A stretch of DNA of 64,000 nucleotides from Cetorhinus maximus (Eukaryota): assembly GCF_964194155.1 (NCBI RefSeq), contig NC_135901.1:60760001-60824000 (forward strand). Reading direction: 5' to 3'. Made by a program: the position numbers and the translations under genes. Shown one piece after another: positions 1 through 11,419 of this stretch; within the stretch, counting starts at the first letter, position 1; every line of letters begins with the position of its first letter. The notes beneath the pieces were generated by a model, which did no database searches, had not been told where the DNA came from, and was given only the letters and a program-made list of their open reading frames with translations.

Positions 1-154
1 GATGCCTTGACCGTCTCTGGTCAGTCGGGCATTTCATCCTTCATTTTCCTCTGATTCCATTCCTCAAAGTGATTTTCTTTTTCTTCTTCAGTTCCCTGAC
101 TACACCTGGCAGCATATTTGGATTGAGAGGCAAAATTAACAGTTCGGATGCAGT

Positions 155-292
155 GCAGTTCTGATGAAAGGTTACAGTCCTGAAATGAAAAGTATGTTTA
201 TCTCTCCACAGACGCTACCAGATTTGCTGAGAATTCCAGTATTTTCTGTTTTTATTTGAGATAGCCAGCATCTGCAGTATTTTGCCTTGCTT
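155..292 (+). mobile_element. Penelope-like element terminal repeat fragment with hammerhead-like core
   Basis: CTGATGA-AAGG-TTACAGT-CCT-GAAA at 161-186, followed by the ctctccacaga..tttctgtttttat tail that also follows the GIY-YIG ORF (12630-12730). Confidence 0.6.
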
Positions 293-299
293 TAACTCC

Positions 300-672
300 T
301 TAGTGAAACATATAAGATCCTGAGGGGACTTGACAGGATTAATGTGGAGAGGATGTTGCCTCTTGTGGGAGAATTTAGAACTAGGGATTGCTGTTTAAAA
401 ATAAAGGGTCACCGATTTAAAATGGAGCTGAAGCAAAGTTTTTTTTCTCTCTCAGAGGGCCGTGAGGCTTTGGAACTCCCTTCCTGAAAACATTGTGGAA
501 GCAAAGTCTTTGAATATTTTTAAAACGGAGCTGGATATATTCTTGGTAAGCAAGGGGGTGATAGATTATCGGGGGTAGGCACGATACAGATTTCGGGTTA
601 CTTTCAGATCAGCCATGGTCTTATTTAATGGCGGAGCAGGCTTGAGGGGCCGGATGGCCTCCTCCTGCTCCT
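300..672 (+). mobile_element. CR1-type LINE 3' fragment
   Basis: ORF2 C-terminus-like (YKILRGLDR..VERML..) and tail ggagcaggcttgaggggccggatggcctcctcctgctcc, shared with the CR1 at 21049-21680. Confidence 0.75.
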
Positions 673-724
673 TGTTGTTATGGAAGAACCTATTACCAAT
701 AGATTTCGAGATCCATCTCTGAGC

Positions 725-905
725 TGAAAACATATAGGTAAACTCAAACTGTAAACAGACCATTCACCAGCTGGAAATGGAAAGGGATTCACTCATCATC
801 TCTTTTATCAACACAGAAACACAGTCTCACTGGTGCGAGGCCATTCAGATACTTCATGAGTGCAAAGGGCTTTATTCAGTTTGCCCACATGTTAACACTC
901 CAACT
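725..905 (+). pseudogene. Highly decayed C2H2 zinc-finger relic upstream of the promoter
   Basis: agaccattcacc..aagggattcactca..cactggtgcgaggccattc resemble TGERPF/KGFT codons; paralogous relics near 24700-24880 and 45800-46030. Confidence 0.5.
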
Positions 906-1205
906 TGAAACGTTCAAAGAGTTTGATCCACAGTCAGGGCATTGCTACTAGCAAGAGGCATTTAATGTTCCATGTTTGGGAGCGAAAAAAAGGCCCCAGC
1001 TCACCCCAACTGCTGGGACTCCACTGAGTTGAGGTCTAGCTGTCGGGCTTTGTTCTGCTGTTCATTATATCCAGGAGAGAATTATGGTGGAGACCAGACC
1101 AATTTGGTCACTGCATCGATTGATTCAAGAATTTTATATCTTGCCCCCTTGGCATCGTATTCTGCTTACAGGGCATATGTTATTGTTGCACATTATCACC
1201 TTTGA

Positions 1206-1289
1206 ATGACGGGATGGTCACCCAGCATTCGCTGCGGGGCAGAATGTGCCCTATCCGCATTAAAGCAGCTCTTACACATGCGCATTGCG

Positions 1290-1325
<36 letters not shown>

Positions 1326-1660
1326 AGAGCATGCGCATTGCGTCAGCTTCATGAGCATGCGCAGTGCTGGTCTGTGACTGAAACTGCTCAGAGTAGGGGA
1401 AAGAATGTCGAGTGGAGCAAACTAACAGAGTTAGTGGGTGTGTGAGGAGGAATGGAACCAGCGGAGTGGGCAGGGAGGCTTCATGAAGATACAGTGCAAG
1501 CCGCAGACCCCAAATAACAAGGTTCCGGTCTTGTGTTTGCAGAAAATGGGCCGAAGAAGTCTGGATTTCTCCCTTCGCCAGGCAAGGGGTAACGGCCGCC
1601 ATCTTTATAGGGGGCAATGTGCAGCAGGGCGCATGCGCGATCATCCTGGTTCAGGTAGCA
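1206..1660 (+). promoter_or_regulatory. CpG-rich promoter/first exon of ZNF gene A
   Basis: GCGCATGCGC (NRF1-type) at 1629-1638 plus several TGCGCA half-sites; GCCGCCATCTT (YY1-type) at 1595-1605; (GT)n at ~1290-1324; close inverted copy at 10130-10540. Confidence 0.65.
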
Positions 1661-1944
1661 GGAGGAGACAATGTTGTGAATTTCTATCCTGGACTGACAG
1701 GGATGGATTTTGGAAACTCCTTTTACAGGGGATTAGAAGGGGAGGATTTACACACAGCAAACTCAAACCAAGAGAATCCTTTCAGAATTTCTGTCCTGGA
1801 CTGACAGTGATGGATCATGTGAACTCTATTTACAGGATGTTAGAAGAGGAGGGAAACGAGAAACTCAAACCAAACAACACATCAACATCTGAAAGTCACT
1901 TGATTCCTCAGCACCTTAATATCACCAGCCTTTGAATGTAAGCA

Positions 1945-2260
1945 TTGAGTTCCAGGTCACTACCAGTCACCGGGTAAAAAATCTCTTCCTCACATCCTGC
2001 TTGTGGATCTTGCCTAAAATCTTAAATCTCTATCCCTTAATCCTTTCATGATCAGCTAATGGGAAAAGATTTTATTTAACTACCCCATACATACCTTTCA
2101 TAATCTTGTACACTTCTATCAAATCTCCCCTCAATCTCCTTTACACCAAGGGGGAAAACCCCAGTTTCTCGAACCTAACCTAACAATTAAAATCCCCCAC
2201 CCCTAAAACTATTCTGGCAAATCTACTCTGCACTCCCTCAAGGACCCTCACATCCTTCAT
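1945..2260 (-). mobile_element. CR1 LINE 3' fragment
   Basis: Reverse complement of the ORF2 C-terminus (..gagattgaggggagatttgatagaagtgtacaagattatgaaagg). Confidence 0.65.
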
Positions 2261-2899
2261 ATTGTGTGGTGATCACTGGTTTGCACAGACCCAGATGTGT
2301 GTGACATCATCACACATCGACAATGACACGGTAACATCATCCCGCTCCCCGGGTATTTCCTCAACTGGGAAATTTTTCTCTGACTCCAGTGCTTCTGATA
2401 TCTTTCCCGTTGCAGGCTCCAGCAGGAGAGTTAAAAGTTGGAATGAGTGAAATAGTTTCAGTGGTTAATATTTTTGAATATTCATCTACAATTGAGACCT
2501 TTAGCGTTGTGCTCTGTTATCTGAGAGATTTCAATGGCTCTGGGGCTGGTGTGACTCCTTTACTGTGGATCTGAATCCATGTCCACCTATTGCTCTGTTT
2601 TACCTGTGCCCTTCCTGATCACCTCTCTGCCATTGTCTAACTTATCCTGCCTCTACTACCGGGTGTGTTTTAACTATGTTTAGTATTCTACTGTAACTTC
2701 TGCCAACTCTGTCTAAATGAGGTTTCCACTGCTGCCCACTCCCTCAGCATGTGCTGCTGGCTTCCCAGCTTTATCTTCCCATAGTATCTTTCAGAGTCAG
2801 GAATTGTTTTTCCTGTGCTTCAGTCAATTTCTCTTCCGTTCTGAGCTTATATTGACCATCACATACTGCCCACCCTGAAACATTAATTAATTAATTCTG

Positions 2900-3680
2900 T
2901 TGTGTGATAGAACGCTCTAAGATGTTTCATAGGAGTGTTAGAAAGCAATATCTGACACCAAGCCACATGAAGAGATATCAGGGCAGATGAACAAAGGTCT
3001 ACTAAAAGAGGTAGGTTTTAAGGAGTATCTTAAAGGAGGAAAGAGAAGTGGAGAGGTTTAGGGGGGAAATTCCAGAGCTTGTGGCCTTGGCAGCTGAAGG
3101 GGGAGACACCAAAGGTGGAGCAGTTAAAATCAGGAATGCTGATGAGGTCGGAATTAGAGAAGTGTAGATACCTTGGAGGATTGTGAGCCTGGAGGAGATT
3201 ACAGAGATAGGGAAGGAAAGACCTTGCACAAGTTTAAACTAAGGATGAGAAATTTAAAATCTAGGTTCTCCTTAACCCAGAGCCTTTGTAAGTCAGTGAG
3301 TTCAGGGGTGATGGGTTAACAAGGCTTGGTGCGAGTAAGCAGAGTTCTGGATTACAGGGGTGCTGAATGTGGGAGGCCGGCCAGGTGTTGAGTCTAGAGG
3401 GAACAAAGGAATGGATGACAGGCTTAACAATTACATAAAGGGATTTGGGGACAATGTGGGGAAAAAGACATTGATCGGATTGAACGGTGGAGCAGGTTTG
3501 ATGGGCTGAATGGCCTACTCCTATGAACAGTCTAGTTCAGTCTCAGTTCCCAGGGAGAGGGATGGAGTCGGTGTCTAGGGAGTGAAGGTTTTAGCTGGGA
3601 CTGAAGACAATGGCTTCAGTCTTCCCAGTAATTAAATGGAGGAACTTTCTGCTCATTTAGTACTGGATGTCAGACAAGTC
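2900..3680 (-). mobile_element. L2-type LINE 3' part with nested CR1 tail
   Basis: Minus-strand ORF ending ..SLSSFKILLKTYLF, typical of the L2 ORF2 C-terminus; same family at 14690-15300, 35530-36190, 53530-54060. Confidence 0.65.
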
Positions 3681-4192
3681 AGGACGGTGTGTGACTTGCA
3701 GGGGAACTTGGTGGTGATGGTGTGTCACATATATCTACCCTGGTCCTTCCAGGGGGTGGAGGTTGATGTTTCTGGAAACTTTGTCAAAGTTTTTGTTGTG
3801 TTGTAGGTATCCCTTCACCCCCTGCCCCTCCCACCTCTCTCCCTCTCCTCCCTTGTGGGCCAGAGTCTTGTGTAGGCCCAGACTGGGTGGCAGGTTCCCT
3901 TCCCTGAAGGACATTAGTGAACCAGTTGGGTTTTGATGACAATCCAGCAGTTTTCATGGTCACTTTTTCCTCGTGCTGGCCCCACAAATTCCCAGATTCA
4001 TTCAGCTCAATTTCACAACCTGCCTTTGTGTTTTTGTGGGTTCTCTCTCACTCCCTTTTTTCTGTTTTAAATCAATTTCACAGGGTATTAGAAGGGGAGG
4101 ATTTATAGTCAGGAAACTGAAACCAAACATCACTTCAGAATTTGATGGAGTCGGCCATTCTATTGTAACCTGAATATCATTGGATTTTGAAC

Positions 4193-4894
4193 ATGGAAGG
4201 AAAAAACACCATTCTCCGTGGGGAGAAACCGTACACGTGTTCTGTGTGTGGACGAGGCTTCAGCCGATCATCTGACCTGTCAAAACATAAATACAGTCAC
4301 AACGGGGAGAAACCGTGGAAATGTGGGGACTGTGGGAAGGGATTCAATTACCCTTCCCTGCTGGAAATTCATCGGCGCAGTCACACTGGAGAGAGGCCAT
4401 TCTCCTGCTCCGAGTGTTGGAAGGGATTCACTCGGTTGTCCCACCTGTTGACTCACAAGCGAGTTCACACTGGGGAGAGACCTTTCGCCTGCTCTGAGTG
4501 TGGGAAGGGATTTACGGATTCATCCAACCTGCTGACACACCAGCGAGTTCACACTGAGGAGAGACCTTTTAAATGTCCAGACTGTGGGAAGTGCTACATA
4601 AGTTCTGGGAATCTGATGTCCCATCAACGTGTTCACACTGACGAGAGACTGTTCAGGTGCTCTCAGTGCGGGACTGGGTTCAGGTGGTCATCCCATCTCA
4701 CTGAACACCAGCGCAATCACACTGGGGAGAGGCCATTCACCTGCTCAGAATGTGGGAAGAAATTCACTCTGATATCCCACCTGCTGACACACCAGCGAGT
4801 TCACACTGGGGAGAGACCATTCACCTGCTCTGAGTGTGGGAAGAGATTCACTCAGTTATCCCACCTGCTGAGACACCAGCGGGTTCACAAGTAA
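4193..4894 (+). CDS. C2H2 zinc-finger protein, 8 fingers, no effector domain (gene A)
   Basis: [16 protein letters not shown]...HQRVHK*; 8 CX2CX12HX3H fingers with TGERPF linkers; acceptor tttcacag at 4083; AATAAA at 4971 and 4991. Confidence 0.9.
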   Translation: MEGKNTILRGEKPYTCSVCGRGFSRSSDLSKHKYSHNGEKPWKCGDCGKGFNYPSLLEIHRRSHTGERPFSCSECWKGFTRLSHLLTHKRVHTGERPFACSECGKGFTDSSNLLTHQRVHTEERPFKCPDCGKCYISSGNLMSHQRVHTDERLFRCSQCGTGFRWSSHLTEHQRNHTGERPFTCSECGKKFTLISHLLTHQRVHTGERPFTCSECGKRFTQLSHLLRHQRVHK

Positions 4895-5299
4895 CTACAG
4901 TGATTGGATGTTGTTGTGAAATTCCATCCAGGACAAACCATGTTCATTTGGGGCTGTTTCTGCTGATGTTAATAAACTACAGCCCAGTTAAATAAAAGTC
5001 AAATAAATCAGCTTTGTGTTCAACTCACCGTGTGTCAAGTCTTTTTAATATCTCTAACACAAGTTAGTTCCTTTGGAAGGGCTCTCCCTCTCCCCTGTCT
5101 CCTCCACCCTCACCTCCAACAATAAGTGTGAGGAGTTCATGGAGCTTCTTTGTCACTAAGATTGGGACAATCCGATCATCTGCCTCTGCTGCTTCCCTCC
5201 CTTCCACTATCCCACCGGGACAAACTGTCTCTAAAGTTTCCTCTTGTCTGAGCCCTGAACCCACAGCTTTCTCCAGTTTCTCTCCCATCTCCCCTCATT

Positions 5300-6950
5300 C
5301 TTCCTAAGCAAAAGATAGAGACCTATTCCTATAATATTCAATGCATTTCTGAAGGTTTTATAAGGCTATTAGACAATGATTTCTTACAGATCTCCCCACC
5401 TTGAAAAGGGAAAATCCTTATTGACTTCTCACACCTGATTTCTGACTAACCTCACTATTTCTAAGCTCTGAGCTTGTTTTCCTAATTTCTTGATGACAAA
5501 CCGTAGATAACATACTAAAGCTACTAGAATGATCAGAATCAGCAACACAAACCATTGAGCTGCCACCAAGAATAAATGTCAAAACTTTTCGACTAAAATG
5601 TGATAACTATCGACTGAGATTCATCCTCCCCACCTGCCGATCATCTCACACAATTCTAAATTATAGACATGTTGTAAATACATCTGGTTCAAACAAAAGT
5701 TCATGCACAGACTTTAAAGATTCTCCATCTCTCTGTACACCCGCCTCCACCTTGTGGATATTTTGTAAATCCAGATTCTATTTCCCTCTTCACTTAAACT
5801 TTACTCCCTCTGATAGATACGAGTGTGTTTAATTCAATGCTGATTGTTTTATAGTTAGTTTCACTATAGAGTGTGTGTTAATGTCTTGATGATTTAAAAT
5901 GTCTCATTCAATTTTCCACAATAATCACTTCATGTTCTGTTGTCAAGTAGCTTAGCATGTCTGGGACCTGTTCTTCAGTGCAGGGTCACCATGCACTTCC
6001 ACATGTTAATTACACCACATGTAAGATATCACATCTGCACACACGCTGTATGCCAATACCAAGCTGCATGTGCGAACCTATGCAAGTTGCTCTTGGTCTT
6101 TCAGGTGATCTTATCAAAATATCAATGGGGCGTCTGTCTTTGCTGATCTACCCCTGCCTGGTTCTGATGCCTTGGATAGTGGCCAGACTATCAAATTCAG
6201 TTTCTTTTAAATACAGAGGCAAGGACACAAACATCACCAAGAGAAATCTGTTTACTGGTCTCATCTACACTTCCCTAACTTTCACTAGAATGTACATGTA
6301 TATCAATTTGAACTATTCTATTGAATTATACCCAAGTGAATTATTCCATTTCCCAATTGGTGGTGTGATTTTCTCTATCTTTTATTCTAAATATGTCATT
6401 CCATGAATTACCATTCGATCTCATTCAGGAGCACTCGAGGAACTTTACTGTCCTATTTAATACTCTCATATTAGGGTGTTTGTAGATCAGAGACAGAAGT
6501 ACATGTACTTGCAATCAGATTGTAGATCACTCCCATTTCTCCCATTCTCAGACACTTTGTCTTGAATGATAACAAATGGGATGAAGTCAAATCTCTAAAA
6601 AGCAAAGCCTTTTGTTTAAGTTGTCACCAGGCTGTCAGTGGAAAGGGTTAACTTCTCAGCTTGTTAGCAAAGGGGCTGAAGAAACATTCTCAAATGTGCA
6701 CACTTGTGTCAACTTTATGTAACTTCATTTTCAGATCAAGGATGAACCAAACCCCATTTCAATCTTTGTTTTTCCAATTCTCTTGATATTTTTCTCAGCT
6801 TTTCCAAAATGTTATTTTCTTCTTTCTTCAGGCACCTTTCCAAATGACTGTAATAATAATGAAGAAAAGTAAAACTGAAAGTTCACTTTCACAGGCAAAA
6901 GGAGCTTCAACCTTCTGAGACTGAAAAGAGTTAAAGAGGGTGGAGTTTCC
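5300..6950 (-). mobile_element. LTR element/ERV remnant: decayed env-like ORF, PPT and start of 3' LTR (copy 1)
   Basis: Stop-interrupted minus-strand reading ..LLLPVKVNF..CLKKEENNILEKL..QRLKW..VMFVSLPLY..C..C.., a TM segment near 5480-5560, then aaggtggggagatc-TGTAAGAAATC identical in type to the LTR start at 38801. Confidence 0.6.
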
Positions 6951-7119
6951 CACAGCTTGTGAGCTCCGGAACAGAACCTCAAGGCTGAAGCTTATCTTTA
7001 GGGAATCCAACTTTTCGATGCCTTTTACAATTGTACAAGTTCATTGTGATTCATACTTAAAGGTTTACTTTCACTCAGTAATTATAACCTTTCACTTTTC
7101 TCAGCACAGAAGCTGGCAG

Positions 7120-8080
7120 CATTTTAGATTCAATCCCAATTGTACATTTCTCTTGTAGCTGGCGTATGGAGAAGATCATGTCCACTGTAGATCTGCCAGC
7201 ACAAGAAACCGCACTGTGCTTCTGGATACACTCGGTCTGCAAGTAGATGGAGTCTTTTAAGCCTGACCCTAGTGAAGGACGTCCCTGTGATGCTGAGGAG
7301 TGAGATGTCCCTGTAGTTGTTGCAATCTCCTCTGTCACCTTTCTTTTTGTATATTGTGATCATTCTTCAATCACACACGTGTCCTGTCGAATGGATCCTA
7401 CCTTCCAATAGAGAAGGAGGAGGTCATGAAGGTGTGACAGTAGATGGGACTTTCTGGGCTTGAGCAGTTCAGCTGGAATTCCATCCTTGCCGGGTGTCTT
7501 TCTGCTTGCTAAAAAATCAATGGCCTTTTCGAGCTCAAGTGGTGAGGGTTCCTCATCCAATTCAACCATGACAGGAAGCTGCAAGAGAGAGTCAAACAGA
7601 GACTGGGAGATGTCCTTCTCACAGGAGTACAGCTCACAGCAGTTTCAACCCAGTGGGACATCTGTTTTCTTCTGTGGGTGAGAACTTCAACATCCATTTG
7701 GTGATGGTCGGACCAAGCGCCCTCCTGATCCCATCATACACAGCACGTAGATTTCCATTGTCACAGGCAGTTTGGATTTCATGATCTGGGCTGAACCAGT
7801 GTTTATTTACACAGTCTCTCCCTGTTTTTTACACGACTGTCTCAGCTACTTGCAAGTTACACAGTGTTCTAGCTGTTGGGTTTATGTTGTAATCAGGTAG
7901 GCTTTGCTTTTTGCTTCAATGACAGATTCATCTCTGCTGAGTAGGTCTCAAGCCAGTCTTTGTTGTGGGTTCCACTTTTCCCAAATGCTGTTGCTGCTGT
8001 GTCAGAAATGATTGAACTCAGCGACTTCCAAGATTCAGCAATATCAGTGTTGACTGATGAAGCTTTTACTGATGTGCCTG
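7120..8080 (-). mobile_element. RTE-clade LINE fragment (RT region)
   Basis: ITIYKKKGDRGDCNNYRDISLLS..RVYPEAQCGF..DMIFSIRQLQEKC and KTPGKDGIPAELLK motifs. Confidence 0.85.
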
Positions 8081-8516
8081 TAAAATATTTTACTGTTTTA
8101 TGTTCCTTGATAAATTAATTTCATCATGGAGGTGTCTCTGTGTGGAATGTACAAGTCAGTAAGAATTGTCAGCAAGGATTAATCAGTACTCTCTAATTGG
8201 AGATGTTAATCAATGGAACCTGTCAGACACTGAATTGTAGACTTTGCTCCAAAGATTAATTTAGGATTGAAGTAAAAATTCATAATTTTATTGTAATCGA
8301 GTTCCTGTTGAGAGTTCTGAAATTAAGAGGAAAGTTCACAGATGGTGCTTTTAAAAAGGGACACTGCAGCTCAGATAATCAGTGACAGATCCAGAAAATT
8401 AAACTCCAGCCAGTTATAGGGGTGTTAATATCAGCAGAATCAAAGCTAATACTATCTGACTATCAGTCCTGGATGTGACTAACAGCAGCAGAAATAGCAA
8501 AATCCAATCCCTGCAA

Positions 8517-9275
8517 TCACTTGTGAATTCGCTGGTGTGACAGCAGGTTGGCTGACTGAGTGAATCCCTTCCCACACACAGTGCAGGTGAATGGCCTCTC
8601 TCCAGTGTGAACTCGCTTGTGTACTTTAAGATTAGATAAAGACCTGAACCTCTTTCCACAGGAAGTGCAGCTGAATGGCTTCTCTCCAGAGTGAACTTGT
8701 TGGTGTGACTTAAGGCTGGCTGACTGAGTGAATCCCTTCGCACACACAGAGCAGGTGAATGGCTTCTCCCCAGTGTGAATTCGCTGGTGTGACTGAAGGC
8801 TGGCTGACTGAGTGAATCCCTTTGCACACACAGAGCAGGTGAATGGTTTCTCCCCAGTGTGAACTCGCTGGTGTGCAGTGAGGTCAGAGGAATGCCTGAA
8901 CCTCTTTCCGCAGGAATTGCAGCTGAACGGCCTCTCCTCAGTGTGAATTTGCTGGTGTTTTAGTAGGTTGGAGGACACAGTGAATCCCTTTCCACACACG
9001 GAGCAGGTGAATGGCCTCTCCCCAGTGTGAAATCGCTGGTGTCCACTCAGGTGGGATGAAGACCTGAACCTCTTACCACAGTAAGTTCAACTGAAGGGCC
9101 TCTCCCCAGTGTGACCTCACTGATGTGTCAGCAGAGTGGATGACTGAGTAAATCCCTTGCCACACACGGAGCAGGTAAATGGCTTCTCTCCAGTTTGAAT
9201 ACGTCGATGGCTTCTCAGCAGAGATGGATAATTGAATCCTTTCCCACAGTCCCCACATTTCCACGGTTTCACCAT
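8517..9275 (-). pseudogene. C2H2 ZNF gene B, 9 finger units, two in-frame TGA
   Basis: [10 protein letters not shown].. in frame to ..HQRIHK*; TGA at 9117-9119 (Arg position) and 9087-9089 (Cys position); first finger has H->Q. Confidence 0.8.
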
Positions 9276-10009
9276 GGTGCTGGCCCCAATGTGAGTGTGT
9301 CAATGAATTTCCAGCTGGGATGGATAACTGAATAGCTTCACACCATTCTCACATTTTCTCATCCACACACTCAACACGTGTACAGTTTCTCCCCACTGTG
9401 AATGGTGCGATGATTTTAACTGGTTAAAGCTCTTTCCGCAGTGAGTTCACTGGAACACTCTCACTCGGGTGTGTGTGTCTCAGTGCTTTTCCAGTCACAC
9501 TGATGTTTGAAATTTTTTCCCACAGAAAGAACAGTCAAACATTTCTCCTTCCAAATTCAAAGGTCGATTATATTCAGTTCCTGATGAATCGAGTGACTCA
9601 ATCAGATGTTGATGTGATGTTTGGTTTGCGAATCCAATCTACAAATCTTAATATTTGATGATGTTTGGCATCTGAAAATCCTTCCCTCCTAAGGCCCTGT
9701 AAAAGGAGTTAACAAAAGTCATCACTGTCAGTCCAGCATGGAAATTAATAATTGACAATTCCGCTTGCTAGGGAATATTTCTTCCTCTCGTCTCCCCTCC
9801 CCCACCCCAAGCTGTAAATCACAGTCCCAAACACACGCTCCTTCCTGTGGTGAGAAATCCAGACCCATCATGCAATCTCCACCATTTCTTTCCTCTCCCA
9901 GTTTTCTATCCCTCTCTGCTCTGGCTGGGTTCAGTTCTACAGCCCTGCTGTAAAAGGAATTTAAAATCCACTACTGTAAGTCCAAGATTAGAAACTGAGA
10001 AGCGAAAAA

Positions 10010-10540
10010 CATTTCCCTTGGTTTGAGTTTGCTGTGTGTAAATTCTCCCCTTCTAACCCGCTGTAACAGGAGTTTCCAAAATCCATCCCTGTCAGTCCAG
10101 GATAAAAAGGTCACAATATTCTCTCCTCCTGCTACCTGAACCAGGATGGCCGCGCATGCGCCTTACTGCATAATTGTCCCTATAAAGATGGCGGCCGTTA
10201 ACCCGGGCCTGGCGAAGGGAGAAATCCAGGATTTTTCGGCCCGTTTTCTGCAAACACAAGCCCGGTACCTTGTTATTTGGGGTCTGCGGCCTGCACTGTG
10301 TCTTTATGAAGCCTCCCCGCCCACACCGCTGGCTCCATTCCTCCTCACACACCCACTAACTCTGTTACTTTGCTCCACTTGACATTCTCTCCCCGCGCTC
10401 TGAGCTGCTTCAGTCACAGACCAGCATTGCGCATGCTCATGAAACAGACCGTAATGCGCATGTGCAGGGAGCTGTTGTTTTGAGGATAGGGCACATTCTT
10501 CTCCCCTTTGAATGCTGGGTCGTCCCGCCGCCATTGAAAG
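10010..10540 (-). promoter_or_regulatory. CpG-rich promoter/first exon of ZNF gene B
   Basis: GCGCATGCGC near 10152 and AAGATGGCGGC near 10185; inverted paralog of 1206-1780. Confidence 0.65.
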
Positions 10541-10819
10541 CCCTTTTCTTTTGCACAGCAAATTATGGTTTGTGATCCGATGACGACTGGATGCCAGAGT
10601 CAAGATATAACATTATTTATCGATTGATATAACAAACAAAGTGCATGGGTCCTCTGCTATAGTTCTGTCCTGGGTGTAAATAGCAGAACAATCCTCTACA
10701 GTTCGGTGTGAACTCCCTGGAGTCTCAGTCGGCGGTGCGAACAAAATTTTTCTTCCCATAAATAGAACTTTTAAACTCAGTTTTTGTTAGTAAAAGACAA
10801 ATATATGAACGTACGAACA

Positions 10820-11092
10820 AGGAGTAGGGGTATATGCCCCCTTGAGCCTGTTCTACCTTTTAATAAGATCATGGCTGATCTGACAGTCACCTCAAATCTG
10901 CATCCCTCCTCCCGCCAATAACCTATCACCCCCTTGCTCATCAAGAATCTATCCACCTCTGCCTTAAAAATATTCAAAGATTCTGCTTCCACCACACTTT
11001 CAGGAAGAGAGTTCCAAAGAATCACGATCCTCTGAGAGAAAAAAATTCACCTCTTCTCCATTTTAAAGAGGTGATCTCTTATTTTTCAACAG
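10820..11092 (-). mobile_element. CR1 LINE 3' fragment
   Basis: LWNSLPESVVEAESLNIFKAEVDRFL (ORF 10777-11025) and CR1-type tail. Confidence 0.75.
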
Positions 11093-11419
11093 TCAGAGAA
11101 TGACCAGATTTTAGCTCGGGGCCAGTGGAAAGTTCAGTTAATATGATTATCAAGCAGTGATGAAGTGAATTTTCAATTCATGTGCACCTTGTTTGTGCAT
11201 TTGCCAGATTAAAACTTGAATTGAATCCATCGTTCTCCATCATAAGAGCATTCAAGGTGGAAAGCCATAAATACTTGGACACTCAGGGAATCAATGGATA
11301 TGGGGGTAGGGTGAAAGTAGAGTGGAGCTGGAAGCTCATTCAATGGTGGAGCAGGTTCAATCATTGGTCTATCAATCAATGGTCTATCCCTCCTCCAATT
11401 TCTTGTGTTCTTTTGAACA

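Noticed and set aside
1438-1935. 165-aa ORF and paralogous ORFs over promoters (10092-10352, 25735-26025)
   Set aside because: Non-ATG starts, crosses a splice acceptor, and length and frame are not preserved among paralogs.
5957-6406. 149-aa plus-strand ORF
   Set aside because: It is the antisense shadow of the env-like remnant; the paralog at 31386-31676 is not open over the same span.
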